A stretch of DNA of 59,603 nt, counting the filler, from Porpidia crustulata (lineage: Eukaryota): the NCBI GenBank assembly GCA_964255105.1. It is 6 parts of 6 records of this genome, joined end to end, with 100 filler letters (N's around TTAATTAATTAA, not from the genome) between each part and the next. Parts side by side here need not be neighbours in the genome. Positions count along the whole stretch, not along the records: positions 29,883 to 39,728 come from CAXUWE010000876.1; positions 39,829 to 49,668 come from CAXUWE010000877.1; 4 more parts are not named here. The stretch is one strand, 5' to 3'. The notes beneath the pieces were generated by a model that worked only from the letters and a program-made list of their open reading frames with translations, did no database searches and was not told where the DNA came from. Position 1 is the stretch's first letter. Every line of letters starts with the position of its first letter. Position numbers and translations under genes: made by a program. Below, piece after piece: positions 29,883 through 41,733 of this stretch.

Positions 29883-32352
29883 TTTGGAAGGGGAATTCGG
29901 TGAGGAGGGGTTTGGGGAAGTAAGGGTGTTGGTCGCTGCCTTTGAGGATGATGCAGTGGAATTGGTTGTGCGCGACGGCGACGGGCCAGTAGGTTTCTTC
30001 TTTGCGGCCGTCGGCGAGGCGGTCGAGGAGTTTGGTGTCGAGGAGGGGGACCCAGCGGGCTTGGCCGGGGGTGCGCCAGTGCTGAAGGATCAGGAGGACG
30101 CCGGTGGAGTCGTAGATGCAGGGGTCGCCGGTGTCGGAGAAGAAGACGCTTTTGAGTTGGGCGCCTTCGGTGAGGGCGACGGTGTCTTCGCTCTGGCAGA
30201 TCTCGTCGCGCTTGACGTTTTCAATGGTGTAGAGGAGTTTAGTGGAGCCGGAGCCGTCGACGGGGCCGTTGCCCATGGTTAGGACGTAATCTCGCCATGA
30301 TGCACATGTTACTGTTGGCGAGGACTTTTGCCGGTACACGCTGAACGGTGTGCCGAATAAGGTGAAGATTCGTACGTAATTCGCGGTGGTAGTGGCTACG
30401 ACGTAGGAATCGCTAAGCGAGATCGCTACGAGCCGTCAGCTGAATTTGTTCGATCATGTAAATGTCGCATACTAACAAGTCACGTCTTCCCCGGCCGGTA
30501 GCTGAGTACGCCAGTCTGCTCTCGAGGTCCATGTTTCATGCGGCCGGTAAAAAATCATTGCCGGACTACCATTTGCTGGAGGGCAAGAGAAAAGTGTGCC
30601 ATTCTCATCTTGATTCATTAGTTTACTTCTGGAAATAGTAGGATTCATCAGAGCATACTCAGACAAGCTTTGTCGTACAAGTAAGGATCTGTAAAGTGAA
30701 AGTCGCGTTGAAACTCTCGATCGTAGAACTCTACGGTTACGGTGTGGTGAGTGTCTTGATCAACGGTCCACGCGAAACCTATCACATTGAGACCTGCAAG
30801 GCGTCAGCTAGAATCTTTAGCTCTTGAAGCCCACTCACATAAGTATCTTCGATTCCCTCGCCAAGGTGTGCTTCCTGGCTGGAAGGGAGCATGTAATCTA
30901 GGCTGCCAATGCTGATTTGTCGCTCGTCTCTTGTTTCCGAAACTATCGATGGCATCAAGGTGATTGTTGCTCCTTTTCCCGTAACCATTGACATCATCCA
31001 GGTATCCTGCGCCATCATCATCTTCGACAAAATCGTCTTCATCTCCCATTAGATCAGGACCTAATATATCATCAAGAGAATCTGGTGTGCTCCTCCGTCT
31101 GCTGCGATCATTTGAGGCATCTTTCAATCCATTGGTGAGCGACTTGCGAGCATTACCTGATTTCTCCGATAAAGGGTCGTGAATAAAAGGAGCTGGTTGC
31201 AGCGTTCGTTCCAGAAGTGTTGCATGCTCGTTCGGTACAAACTTCGGGTAGATGAACAACTCGCCGTCGGACGTGGTAAACGATATCATGTTCTCATGCG
31301 AATGCCATGCTAAATTGATGACATTCGGGTGAAGATATCTTGTTTCTCATCAGCCTTCCATTTAGTCGGAATACGATATAACATAGGTACCTCGCAAGAA
31401 TTTTTTGTGATTTCGTCTCCCAGAGGAGTATCTTGTCATCAGCCCCAGCGGTCGCTAGTAATGCCCCGTTAGGCGACCATGCAAGCGACGTGATATCACC
31501 CATATGCCCCCCAGAAAAGCTTCTCTGTCGCTCTCCATCATCTCTCGAGATGACTTGGATTTCTCTTGTAGCTGTTGGCGCTGCAAATGCCCTTCCATCT
31601 GGGTGCCAAATGGCTTGTGCACTAGTCTCAACGTCGGCTTCCAGGCTCCGTATCACACCGTCTACCTGTCTGACCAGTTCAGGCTCTTCAGTGCTCAGAC
31701 TGTATATGTATATTACACCATCAGTACAGGACACAGCCAGATATGCACCACTGGGGTGGAAGGAAAGGTGCTTGGCAGGTTTCGGCAAGTCCCGTATGTA
31801 CAACACTCTTGTCATATCTCCAGTATCGACCACCTTGACTATAGTCTCGCTGTGAGAGGTTAGGATGTTTTGCTACATTGAGGATGATTTATACTTGCTC
31901 GCTCGCAACTGCAGCCCAATGTCCATCCGGCGAGAGCGCAAGATCTCTGATTGGTAGGGTACACCTCGTGAGCATCTTCTCCAAAGCGCATGTGTCAAGC
32001 GAATACATGCAAACGGTCCCATCTTCGGATCCAGCGATGAAGAAGTCATTCTACTCTCGAGCTCAGCAATATCCAAGTTCATATTAGAAAGGGCACTCGC
32101 CGACGCCAAAATTGCAGTGTTGTTTTCTTGGCAGTCATCAATGTTCGTAGGCTCGCCATCAGAGCCGGTGGTGTAGACTCTTACGACATTGTTGGACCCA
32201 GCAGTGATCAGTTTTCGGCCGTTCGGAGTGTAAGCCAAGAAAGTTGGGCCCGATGGGTCTAAATCAAATTAGCTACTGCTTCTAGGATAGAAAGCCGTTC
32301 AGCCCTTACGTGCTGGCCTTCCACGTAGTCGTTGCTGCGTTACTAATGCCAT
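29883..32352 (-). CDS. sepB: Replisome hub SepB/Ctf4/Mcl1 (WD40 + SepB domain), 3'-partial
   Basis: Begins MALVTQQRLRGRPAH; WD repeats (AYTPNGRKLITAGS, GHMGDITSLAWSPNGALLATAG); PFQPGSTPWRGNRRYLCLN, VEFYDRE, YWPVAV. Seven introns; truncated at the linker. Confidence 0.97.
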
Positions 32353-32398
32353 GTTGTTGTTAAGTGGGTGCAGAGAGAGACCCAACAGATCCTAGGGA

Positions 32399-32424
32399 GA
32401 CGCGCCCAGATACGCGTCACGCGA
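32399..32424. promoter_or_regulatory. MCB (MluI cell-cycle box) cluster upstream of sepB/CTF4
   Basis: ACGCGT at 32412 flanked by ACGCGC (32400) and ACGCGA (32419), about 50-70 bp upstream of the ATG of a DNA-replication gene. Confidence 0.75.
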
Positions 32425-33437
32425 GATGCGTCGTGCCGAGCCGCTCCGTAGTTTGGTACTCTAGTGTGGTAGTGTAGTCAATTGAAGGGAAACAATAATG
32501 TACTCGAACATTGCTCACAATCCAAAATCCAAGTATCTAGATATTAAGATGAATGACAATGAACAAAAGCGATGACACGTTGCAGGCTATATTGAATAGA
32601 GAACGACCTTTTCGACTTCATACTATCATAATCATGAGGAGAACATAATGTTGCATTACTTAAACTTCTAGAATTTCCACGACTTGTACGTGTTATCGTC
32701 GAGATGCTTATCGGTACAGACACCGATATCTTCTATAGCACATGTCTTGGACAGTCGCCTCTGCATCTAGTCACTCTACGAGGACTTGCCATTGTCGCTA
32801 TGCAGCTCTTGAACGTCAACGTCGAAGACTCTGTGAAGAATAAGTAGGGATTCATCACGCGCGATTGATCTTCATGCGCTCGCGCACGCGCAACATTCAG
32901 AGCAGAACAACAATAAAGAGTATCGATTGAATGAGTCCGACGTCATCTGTAGCAATGACATGCGTGAATCATTCAAGTATTCGTCGAAAATCACAGCCTA
33001 AATGATAAGACAAGATGCTATTGAAGCATACTCTAGGTGTCTAGCTGGTGGTATAGTGCGGAAAGGGCTGAGGCTGCTTTCGAGTCTTGCACCCTTCCAC
33101 TCTTCTTCGCACCGTGGCACAGCTTGGGTATGAACATCAAAACTAGCTGAGTATTAGTCTCTTGATATGATAGCCAATTTAGCTCCGAAGTATATGAATA
33201 TTCCGTTATTCAAAAGTTCCGACTCAGCGCTTTAAGAGAGTGTAAATTCTGTCAAGTCCTGTCAAGCGTACATCGAGTCGTTCTGACGTAAAATTTCTTG
33301 GGGTTTCTTTTAGATAAGGATATAGATGTATTGTATGTGGCACACCCTGATGACCCTTTTTCTTCATCTAGCAGAGTGCAATCTCTGCTAGCGGCAGCAT
33401 AACTCAAATCACCTTAACTTTTCCTGTCCAAATCGAC

Positions 33438-35265
33438 ATGGGCCAAAGGCACTCAAAGTCAGACACGATTGAAAATGGGTGGCGAGCGCTAATACTGATA
33501 GAAAAGGGTGCCACATGCGTGCCCAATCCGTCAGTCGAAAATTGGCCTCGAGGTATTGAAAAACAAAGCCCTATTCGCAGGAGTGCAAAACCGATCTTCA
33601 CCAAGCAACGCTTCTGTTAGCCCAAAGGCACGTCCTTCGATTATCTCTTGACATCATTTCATGCTGACTTGGATTTAGGTCTTGCGAGGTTCATTGATGC
33701 TCTCGAATACTACCAATCTTCAACGAAAACGAAATTGGTCACAAGAATCGGAAGATCAGGTGCCTCAAATCCGGGATAGATCTACTCAAAAACGACCCCG
33801 AGCTTCATCTACGAGCCGTGCTGTTGCCAATGTATCGAGCCCAACAGCGGAAATCAATTTCAACGACGACACTGACTCGATCGATTATTGGATCCAGAAA
33901 GGCAGCTGGCCCAAGGAATACTTCGAACAAGACAAACAGCTTAGGAAACATCTTCAACAACAAAGCGCGTTTGAAGAAGTCAGACATGAGGGCTGGTTTA
34001 GAGGACAGTTTGAAATATTCAAGCACGAGGACTGGTTCAAATGCGAATATGGACAAGTGAGCAACATGAGCCATCTATTTGCAAGGCAGAAATCCTTATC
34101 TTCCCTTCACCGCAAAAGTTCGGACCCGGGCGCGATATCTAGCAATCAGCCGCGCGAAGTCAAAAGCGCTAAATATGGGGCCGCAAACTATGAAATGATA
34201 CTTGAGACTAAGGGTAGCTTTATGCGCAAGTCCAAGTTGGGAGTCACGGATGCAAGCAAGGATCTATGCCGAATTCTACTTGATGTAACGCAAACAGTCC
34301 CTTCGAATACATTATTCCGGGATGACCTGTTCGATGAGACTTGCCAAAGTGTACACGGCGGAAACGAAGCCTTGGTAGTTCGAGATATTTCTCCGCTATT
34401 ATGTCCTTCTGCTCGAGTCCTTAGAATCTTCGGTGCTAGACATCTTGAACATGTAACGGAAAGTATTTATAAAGGCTAAAACAGTACGATACCTTTCTAC
34501 GATTCTCGCCCACAGCCCGATTATTCCGTGGGATTCGGTCGATCTGCGTTCACTGACGAGCAACTCGAAAAGCTGACGCCCTTTACTGGCGAGACTATAG
34601 ACAGCTATACTTCCTACTTCATGGCCACCTGGCGAATGTATTTTCCGTTCCTGACATGTGAGGTAAAGTGTGGTGCTGCAACACTTGAAGTTGCAGATCG
34701 ACAGAATGCTCACAGCATGACTCTAGCTGTGAGAGCTGTCGTTCAACTCTTCAGAATGGTGAACCGCGAAGAGGAGCTTCATCGAGAAATTCTCGCCTTC
34801 TCGATCTCACACGATGATTGTATGATCAGAATCTATGGCCCTTATCCTGTCATTGATGGAAAATGCACTACCTTTCATCGTCATCAAGTTCGCAGTTTTG
34901 CATTCATCGAACAAGGCGAAAAAGAGAAATGGTCGGCCTACTAATCCACCAAGAACGTCTACGATAAACACAGGCCGGCTCTTTTCGCGAGGATCTGCTC
35001 AGCCATTGGTGACTTGCCAGTCGGTATAAACTTTGAAGTTTCACAGCAGTCTGAACTGCAATTTTCAGATGACACCGAGATTCAATCTTCGCAGGAGTTA
35101 GAAGGCCACCTTTAACAGCAATCGAACGCCGAATCCATATCTGCGCTAGATAAAAACAACGGTCTTGTCGGCTCGCAAGGGACTACACCAAATACTTCAT
35201 TTACTCAAAGACCCGAATCATTGAAAAGGCCAAAGAATAAGCGAGTTCGAATCCGGGTCTCGTGA
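33438..35265 (+). pseudogene. DUF7924-like (putative PD-(D/E)XK nuclease-fold) gene with in-frame premature stops
   Basis: Family motifs IDYWIQKGSWPKEYFE, LFRDDLF, RPQPDYSVGF, YFPFLTCEVKCG, ADRQNAHSMT and ILAFSISHD lie in one frame interrupted by TAA at 34477, 34942 and 35113. The 5' boundary is approximate. Confidence 0.8.
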
Positions 35266-35339
35266 CGGAACCGTTGGGTCGCCGAAAATCAAAATGCCAG
35301 AACCGGCTCTCATCCTGTCAACTCGATCGAGATGCTGTC

Positions 35340-35716
35340 GAAATACACCGAGAGATCAGGCCTTCGAGGCGAGGTGCTTGATTCGCTAGCTTCCTTCCGC
35401 ATGGCCCATGTGGATACTGGATTACTGTGGGTTCGACTTGTGCATGAAAGATGAGTCTCCTTGATTTCTAAGTTCAGAAGTGGATTCTTTCTCGTTCAAA
35501 GAGGTCAAAGATCTACGTCGCTCTCAAGCTTGTGTTAGAAATACAATCAAATATGAGATCAACGAGCGATTGGCCATAATCAAGAAGGCGTTGAACGATT
35601 ATCTTCCGATTTTTCCTGCTTGGGATAAGGAGGATAATGCTATCAAAGTCAGGCGACGAGCTTCTTCTTATAAGGGCATAATAGCCAGTGGAAGCCAAGA
35701 AAGTAGAACGAGATAG
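35340..35716 (+). pseudogene. Second degenerate fragment resembling the C-terminal half of a related nuclease-fold family
   Basis: VLDSLASF...LLWV, then after a stop and frameshift DSFSFKEVKDLRRSQACVRNTIKYEINERLAIIKKAL; the V.N.....RL..IK.AL ending is typical of such proteins. Confidence 0.35.
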
Positions 35717-37609
35717 TCACGAGACCCAAATTACTCTACGATATCCAGAGACCCCTAGTTCTCGTTTCCAAGCTTGTCCAATTCATTCGTGGTTCTAGCA
35801 CGATAACCCATCAGTATCAAAATGGACCACTGATAAGACGGTTTGAAGTGCCAATTTCCCTTATATTCGGTCACCGATCACTTAAACCTATACCGCGTGG
35901 ATGTGAGTACAGTGTTATCTATCTCACTAGGTACAGTAATGCCCTATTCCACCGCCATCATCCTTCAGTAAGGGCTTCTACTAAATTTCTCAGCTCAACG
36001 TAAAAAGCTATGCTTATCATGCTTGACCAGAGGTAAGTGCAAGACTAGGAAAACTGCAGAGTTGCTTGCAACGTTGCTATCCATTCTTTATCAACAACTT
36101 CGCTCAATAAAACCTAGCTATGCTTAGATATTCTTTCTGCTTGATGATAACTTTGTTTGCTGTACACTTTCAGCATCCTACAAAGCACAATAAATACATG
36201 GTTATCCGCGTGTTCCATGCATCCAGCCCGTGTTTTCCTGGAAGGCTCCTTCTTTATTTGTTGATCATCGGCGCCAACGTTGCAGAGATGGTTCTCTACA
36301 GGTGCAGGTTGCTCATGAGACGTGAATCTGATTCGGTCAGTACCTAGAGTAACTCGGCTGGAAGTACTTTGAATTCAGGAATTTGCTGCATCTTGATTAA
36401 ATTCGTAGCATCTTCTGGATTAGGTGATTAGATACTGCTAACACTGTCAATAACTCTTGATGTGAGGACCACGGACATATAATATTCAGGAGTAACAATG
36501 TACCACTCCACCGATTATAGATGTAGCGATCAGCTTTCAGAAATTGAATCATTGAAGCGCACGAGGCGCGAGAATCAAAAATTGCTTGCCTCCAGTCTGT
36601 TCTTTTCAAGTGTTGGAACTAGACGGTTTGGAAATCTCCACCACACGCGACTTGGGCGCTAGCAGAGTTTCCAGACATGCCTTTTTACCCCCCTAAATAG
36701 CACCCTCCTAGCAACAACAACATCAATGCCATCAAATCCATACCTGTATGCCAACATCAAAATCTGAAGTACGGTGGTTTGTTTAACGGTGCTCGTGCAG
36801 GATAAATCTCGCCTACATTGAACGAATCAACAAAGAGGTTTCATTTCATCTGTAACTCATAGTACTTACGGTACCGGGTGACTGTCCTTTATGTGACAAG
36901 GAAGAAAGGTCTAGCTGATGCCTTGAGATTCCTTCTATCAATCACCATCTATAAAATTGTGTCTCCATGAAGTCTTAAGATCCTACTATATCTACTAAAG
37001 TCTCTTGTGTTATAGGCAGCAACACTGTACTCTTACTCAAAACTGTAAATATTTGTTATACCCTTCCACGAATGGAGAGAGTTTGTTTATATAACTTCGT
37101 ATAACATTGATATACGGCATGGATGATCCCTTCGTCGGCTCATAGGCTCGACACGTTGTAGCGGTTCCCGATCCAGAATGTTCAACAGCTTCAAATTTGT
37201 GCATCATCGATTCCCCCCAAGTGATGGACCTGCCGACCGCTCGGAGATCGCGTCCGAGCAACCCATCGACACCTACTATCAGCTGCTGACACTGGAATCT
37301 CTTAAGCTTCTTGAGAGAATCTAAAACTCATCATATTATACAACACTTCTTATTCTAACACTTCTTATACTATCACCCTTAAAGTCATAGGCTCAGCATA
37401 ACTTCAACACCTTGCTCACGTTCAGGGTTTAGCAATACTATAATGTTACCCGAAATCATCATCGTCGCCTTCTTATAAAACCTTCTTGCCGGAATCTTCT
37501 TTTTCATTACTCTTTTCATACCTTGTAAGATATCTATAATATTTACATCACCTTGAGCCCATTATCACTTCGCTTGACAGGATTGAGCTATCGGAAGTAA
37601 TCTATCATT

Positions 37610-39016
37610 ATGTCGCAGCTGTCAAGCCTACCTCAAGAACTCCTGTTGCAGATTATCGAAACGCTACTACCTGCAGACCTCGAGAATTTCTGTCAATGTA
37701 GTCAATTGCTCAGAGAAATTGGTGACGATGCCCTACGACGCCATAAGATTATGAAGGCACACTATAGAAAGATATATTTCGGCGAACTTTCATATTGGGG
37801 ACATCCATCAAGGGACTATGAACACCTTGTTCAGATCCTACGACGAATACTCAAGACTCACCGCTATGCTCTCTATCCTGAGGAGCTTGTATTTGGGGAT
37901 TGCGGGAATGTACTGTTAGTTGGCAGAGATCCTTCAGAAGTGGTTAGGGCCTTTGAGACTACAAACGAGATCGAAAACGATGTACTAGCATTACGTTGTG
38001 CTTCGTACTTTTCTGGCAAACATACTCCAAAGGATTGGTACGAGTCTAAAGTCAGAGGCGGTGGCGACAATATTCCGTGCGTTGCTCTGGCCCTAAGTCT
38101 GCTCCCGAATCTACGATCGATCGTATTGAGATCTGAAAAAGCAGACGAGCCTGAGGTCAAAAAACTTGTGACCGCAATCGTTAAAGCTGGTCTTGGGAAT
38201 TCATCAGCGCAGCTACGTCCTCTAAGTAACCTAACAAACGCGAGTCTACATGAACTTGAAATTTGGCTTGACTACGACCACCATCCATTTCAAATGTTGG
38301 CTCTCATACCCTCGATGCGTCGTTTATATGGGAAGCGGCTAACTGGAGCGTTCCAAGAATGGTCTCATATACGCGCTTGCAAAGTCTTCAAGAATTCGGC
38401 AGAGATCCCAGGGAGTATTAAAAACCGAATGTCGGAGGTAACAGATGTCACCCTTGACCGCTGTCTCATTTATGTTTCAAGTTTTCAAAAATTTCTTAGC
38501 GGTTTCAGAGCTTTGCGGAAGTTCTCTTATGAACCGCCGTATTACAATGCGAGTGTCGCATATTGGGACCCAAAACGGATTGTTGCTGCTCTAATGAAAT
38601 ACACCAGCTACTCCCTGGAGCAGTTGAGTCTTGGTTGTTCAGGCCGGAACCCAAATACCTATAGGCTTTCTGAAGATGAATTCATGGGCTCGCTACGCGG
38701 ATTCGAAGTCTTGAGTCATGTCCGTGTGGATTCGATGATGTTTCTCCACTCCAGGATCTCCAAATCATGTCACAAACAAGCACCGAATCGGGATGCATCA
38801 GAGATGGTATTGGACATACTACCTGCTTCCATCAAGGTGCTGATGGTTGTTGGTGAGCTTTCAACAAGACACCAAGGGCGCCTACTCGAGTATCTTTCGT
38901 CATCGAGAGCGGACTATTTTCCAAAGCTCAGAAAGTTTGAATTTTCAGACCCTCGGTTCCTAGAGGCGGGATCTAGAATAAGGGGTGTCGCAATAAGTAG
39001 GACTAATTTAGACTGA
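37610..39016 (+). CDS. F-box protein with LRR-like C-terminal region (468 aa, intronless)
   Basis: N-terminal LSSLPQELLLQIIETLLPADLENFCQCSQLLR; LLPNLRSI, FRALRKFSY, SLEQLSL, GSLRGFEVLSHV, ILPASIKVL and FPKLRKF repeats. Confidence 0.85.
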   Translation: MSQLSSLPQELLLQIIETLLPADLENFCQCSQLLREIGDDALRRHKIMKAHYRKIYFGELSYWGHPSRDYEHLVQILRRILKTHRYALYPEELVFGDCGNVLLVGRDPSEVVRAFETTNEIENDVLALRCASYFSGKHTPKDWYESKVRGGGDNIPCVALALSLLPNLRSIVLRSEKADEPEVKKLVTAIVKAGLGNSSAQLRPLSNLTNASLHELEIWLDYDHHPFQMLALIPSMRRLYGKRLTGAFQEWSHIRACKVFKNSAEIPGSIKNRMSEVTDVTLDRCLIYVSSFQKFLSGFRALRKFSYEPPYYNASVAYWDPKRIVAALMKYTSYSLEQLSLGCSGRNPNTYRLSEDEFMGSLRGFEVLSHVRVDSMMFLHSRISKSCHKQAPNRDASEMVLDILPASIKVLMVVGELSTRHQGRLLEYLSSSRADYFPKLRKFEFSDPRFLEAGSRIRGVAISRTNLD

Positions 39017-39728
39017 TCGAGTACGGTCTTACATGATAGATGGAGCTACGCTGAGAATTACGAGGTATATAATACATATGCTTCTGAGTCTGCAACAGGC
39101 TGCGGCAAATTCGAGAAATCTAGCGGAACAGGGGAGGGAAACGGAACAGGTACCTATCGATGCCAAAGGATAGGAACAGTAGATATAACTTCACTACACT
39201 CACAGTTATTCCAGCGTTTTAAATCAATCTGTCTTGAGCAGCGCTTTAGAGTACTCGATGCTTCATATCGTAAGCTTCACGTGATCGTTGATCAAGTGCA
39301 TCATCGAGATCCTGACAACAGGTTATAAGTCATTTAAATGATTTCCAAACGCGATTAAATGCTGCTGGCAGGTCAGGTATGGAATTGGCATTTAGATTGT
39401 TGTTGTTATTGTTGTCATTGCTAGAAGCAGCTGGCGAAGGAGGCTATCTAGGGGGGCACAGGGGTAAAGGGGAAAAAGGTTTGGGGAAATTCTGCTAGAG
39501 TAGCGCTTTCAGCCCCGTGTGACGGAGACCTCTAATTCCAACGGATACTCATGACAACCCTACTTGGGAGAGATACAGCTGAAGATAAATTTATCGGTCA
39601 ATTGAATTTGTAGAAAGACTAAAAGACGTGCAAAGCGGTAATGTTAGGGTTTATCACTTTAGCCTTTTTAAGTCTACCCTAGTGGATTAAATAGGTAGCC
39701 TTCTCATAAATACCTTACTTCTCTCCAT

Positions 39729-39828
39729 NNNNNNNNNNNNNNNNNNNNNNNNNNNNNNNNNNNNNNNNNNNNTTAATTAATTAANNNNNNNNNNNNNNNN
39801 NNNNNNNNNNNNNNNNNNNNNNNNNNNN
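39729..39828. other. Artificial contig linker
   Basis: N44-TTAATTAATTAA-N44. Confidence 0.99.
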
Positions 39829-41733
39829 AGCCTGTGAACTACCCTCGTCCACAATCGCCTCCACCAACGGTCCGGTGTAGAAATTGCGGCCCCGGATATA
39901 CCAATACAGCAACGCGAACAGCAGGATCAGCGCCAAGAACGCGGCGGCGTAGTTCATCGTCACGGCCGTCACGGGGCGGATGGTAGGCAAGATGAAGATG
40001 ATGGAGACGAACGTCGTCCAGAGCACGGCCCAGGCGTTGACGAAGATGCTGGCGCGGCCAAGGTTCCAGGGCCCGGGCTCGAAGCGGCCGAACGCCATCT
40101 TGCAGATGATGGGGATGGTGTAGCTCCAGTCGAGGGCGATGGCGGTGATGTTGAAGACGCCAAGGATGGCGGCGTAGGAGCCGAGGCCGATCAGGTTGAT
40201 GGCGATGCAGAAGAAGATGGAGATCCAGACGGCGTAGAGGGGGGTGCCAGTTATCGGGTTGACGATTGTCCAGATGCGGGATAGTGGGACGAGGCGGTCG
40301 CGGGAGAAGGCGAAGAGTGTGCGCGCTTGCGATTGCTGGGGGAGGTTAATTGGTGGAAGAGGGAAAGGAGTGGGGGATGCTGACCATGGCGGTGAAGCAG
40401 ACGAATTTGATGATGAGAAAGGCGCAGACGGTGAAGAAGATTCCTCCTGCTTTGCCCAGAACATTGTAAAATATCTGTGCGACGGGTTGGGCGATTGGGC
40501 TGGCGAGAATCTCCGCAGGGTCACCCTGTTTGTGGTGTCAGTCTTAATATACTTGGCCCTCCAAGTCCGGATTACATACCATGACGAAACATAATACAAT
40601 GGTAAAGAGGAATCCAGCGACATAAGTAAAAGCCATTGCCAGCGAGATGGCCCATGGCGCTTTCAATTCAGGGTTGGAAATCCTGATCTCATCAGCAATT
40701 GATCACTACCCCAAAGTCGGTCCACGCTCACTCTTCGGTAATATGGGCTGTAGCATCGTAGTCCGTCATGGTCCACGATACCGACAAGAAGCCAAACAGG
40801 AAAGAAAATCCCACAGGGGTCCAGCCAGAAGTCGAGGTGACATCGGTAAAGACGTAGTGGGCGTCATGCTTAGGGGTGGCTTTGACCAGAAGCGCAATCG
40901 CACAGGAGATCAGAACGAGCACATGAAAGATAACGTAGGTCTTGGTCATCTTCTCCATCCAATAAGTCGAGAGGGAGTTGACGAGTCCGGTCAGGACCGT
41001 GAGTGCGGCCATCACGCCCACTATGGTGCCAGTGCTGGGAGTATATGTGAAGTCAGAACCCATGGCAACCGCAGCCAGCAGTAGTTGTGAAGCACCGTAT
41101 TCCGAAGAAGCAATACCTGCAATCTAGGACCGGGTCAGAAATGTGAAGCATCATGAGTGACATGAGACGCACCTGGCCAAGAAGGTTGATCCATCCTACA
41201 GCCCTGTGTTCAAATCTAATCTTAGCGTCTTGATCGAGCATTGAACATGGTCAATTGACTCACCAACTGATTGACGGGACCCAAGTCCTAGGTGCCAGTC
41301 GCGACACGGTAAAGTATAAACCTCCAGAGGTGGGATACGCTGACACAAGCTCTGCTACTGATAACTAGTGAAAAGAGAAGAGTCAGATGTGCCAGCTCCA
41401 ATGTATAGTTTTGGACGATAATATACGTACAGCGATACACATACATCCTGCGCCAGAGACCAACCAGCACCACACAGCAGAGGCAGATCCACCAGCATAC
41501 AATGGAAACGAAAAGGTCGTGGCAATGGTCGAGAATAAGCCGCTGATACTGACGGCAAAGGAAAAGGTCGACAGATAGCCGAATTCTCTCTTCAAGACGG
41601 GCTTGTAGCCAAACTTTGCGGCCAATTCCGCATCATCGGCGCCGAGGTCGTCGAGACTAACCACTCTGGTATCGTTGACCCCGCTCATATGTCTATGCCT
41701 CACAGCGGCAGCCTCGTTATCGAAGTCTGCCAT
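39829..41733 (-). CDS. Amino acid/GABA/polyamine permease (APC superfamily, ACT family), 3'-partial
   Basis: FGYKPVLKREFGYLSTFSFAVSISG, AELVSAYPTSGGLY, WTMTDYDATAHITEE, ARTLFAFSRDR, FEPGPWNLG and MNYAA; six GT-AG introns. Confidence 0.95.

Noticed and set aside
35243..35256. GAGTTCGAATCC resembling a tRNA T-loop/B-box
   Set aside because: The flanks do not form a T-stem or cloverleaf, and it lies within the pseudogene frame.
39430..39728. Possible RIP-mutated transposon start at the contig end
   Set aside because: No terminal repeat or transposase motif could be identified in the short stretch available.
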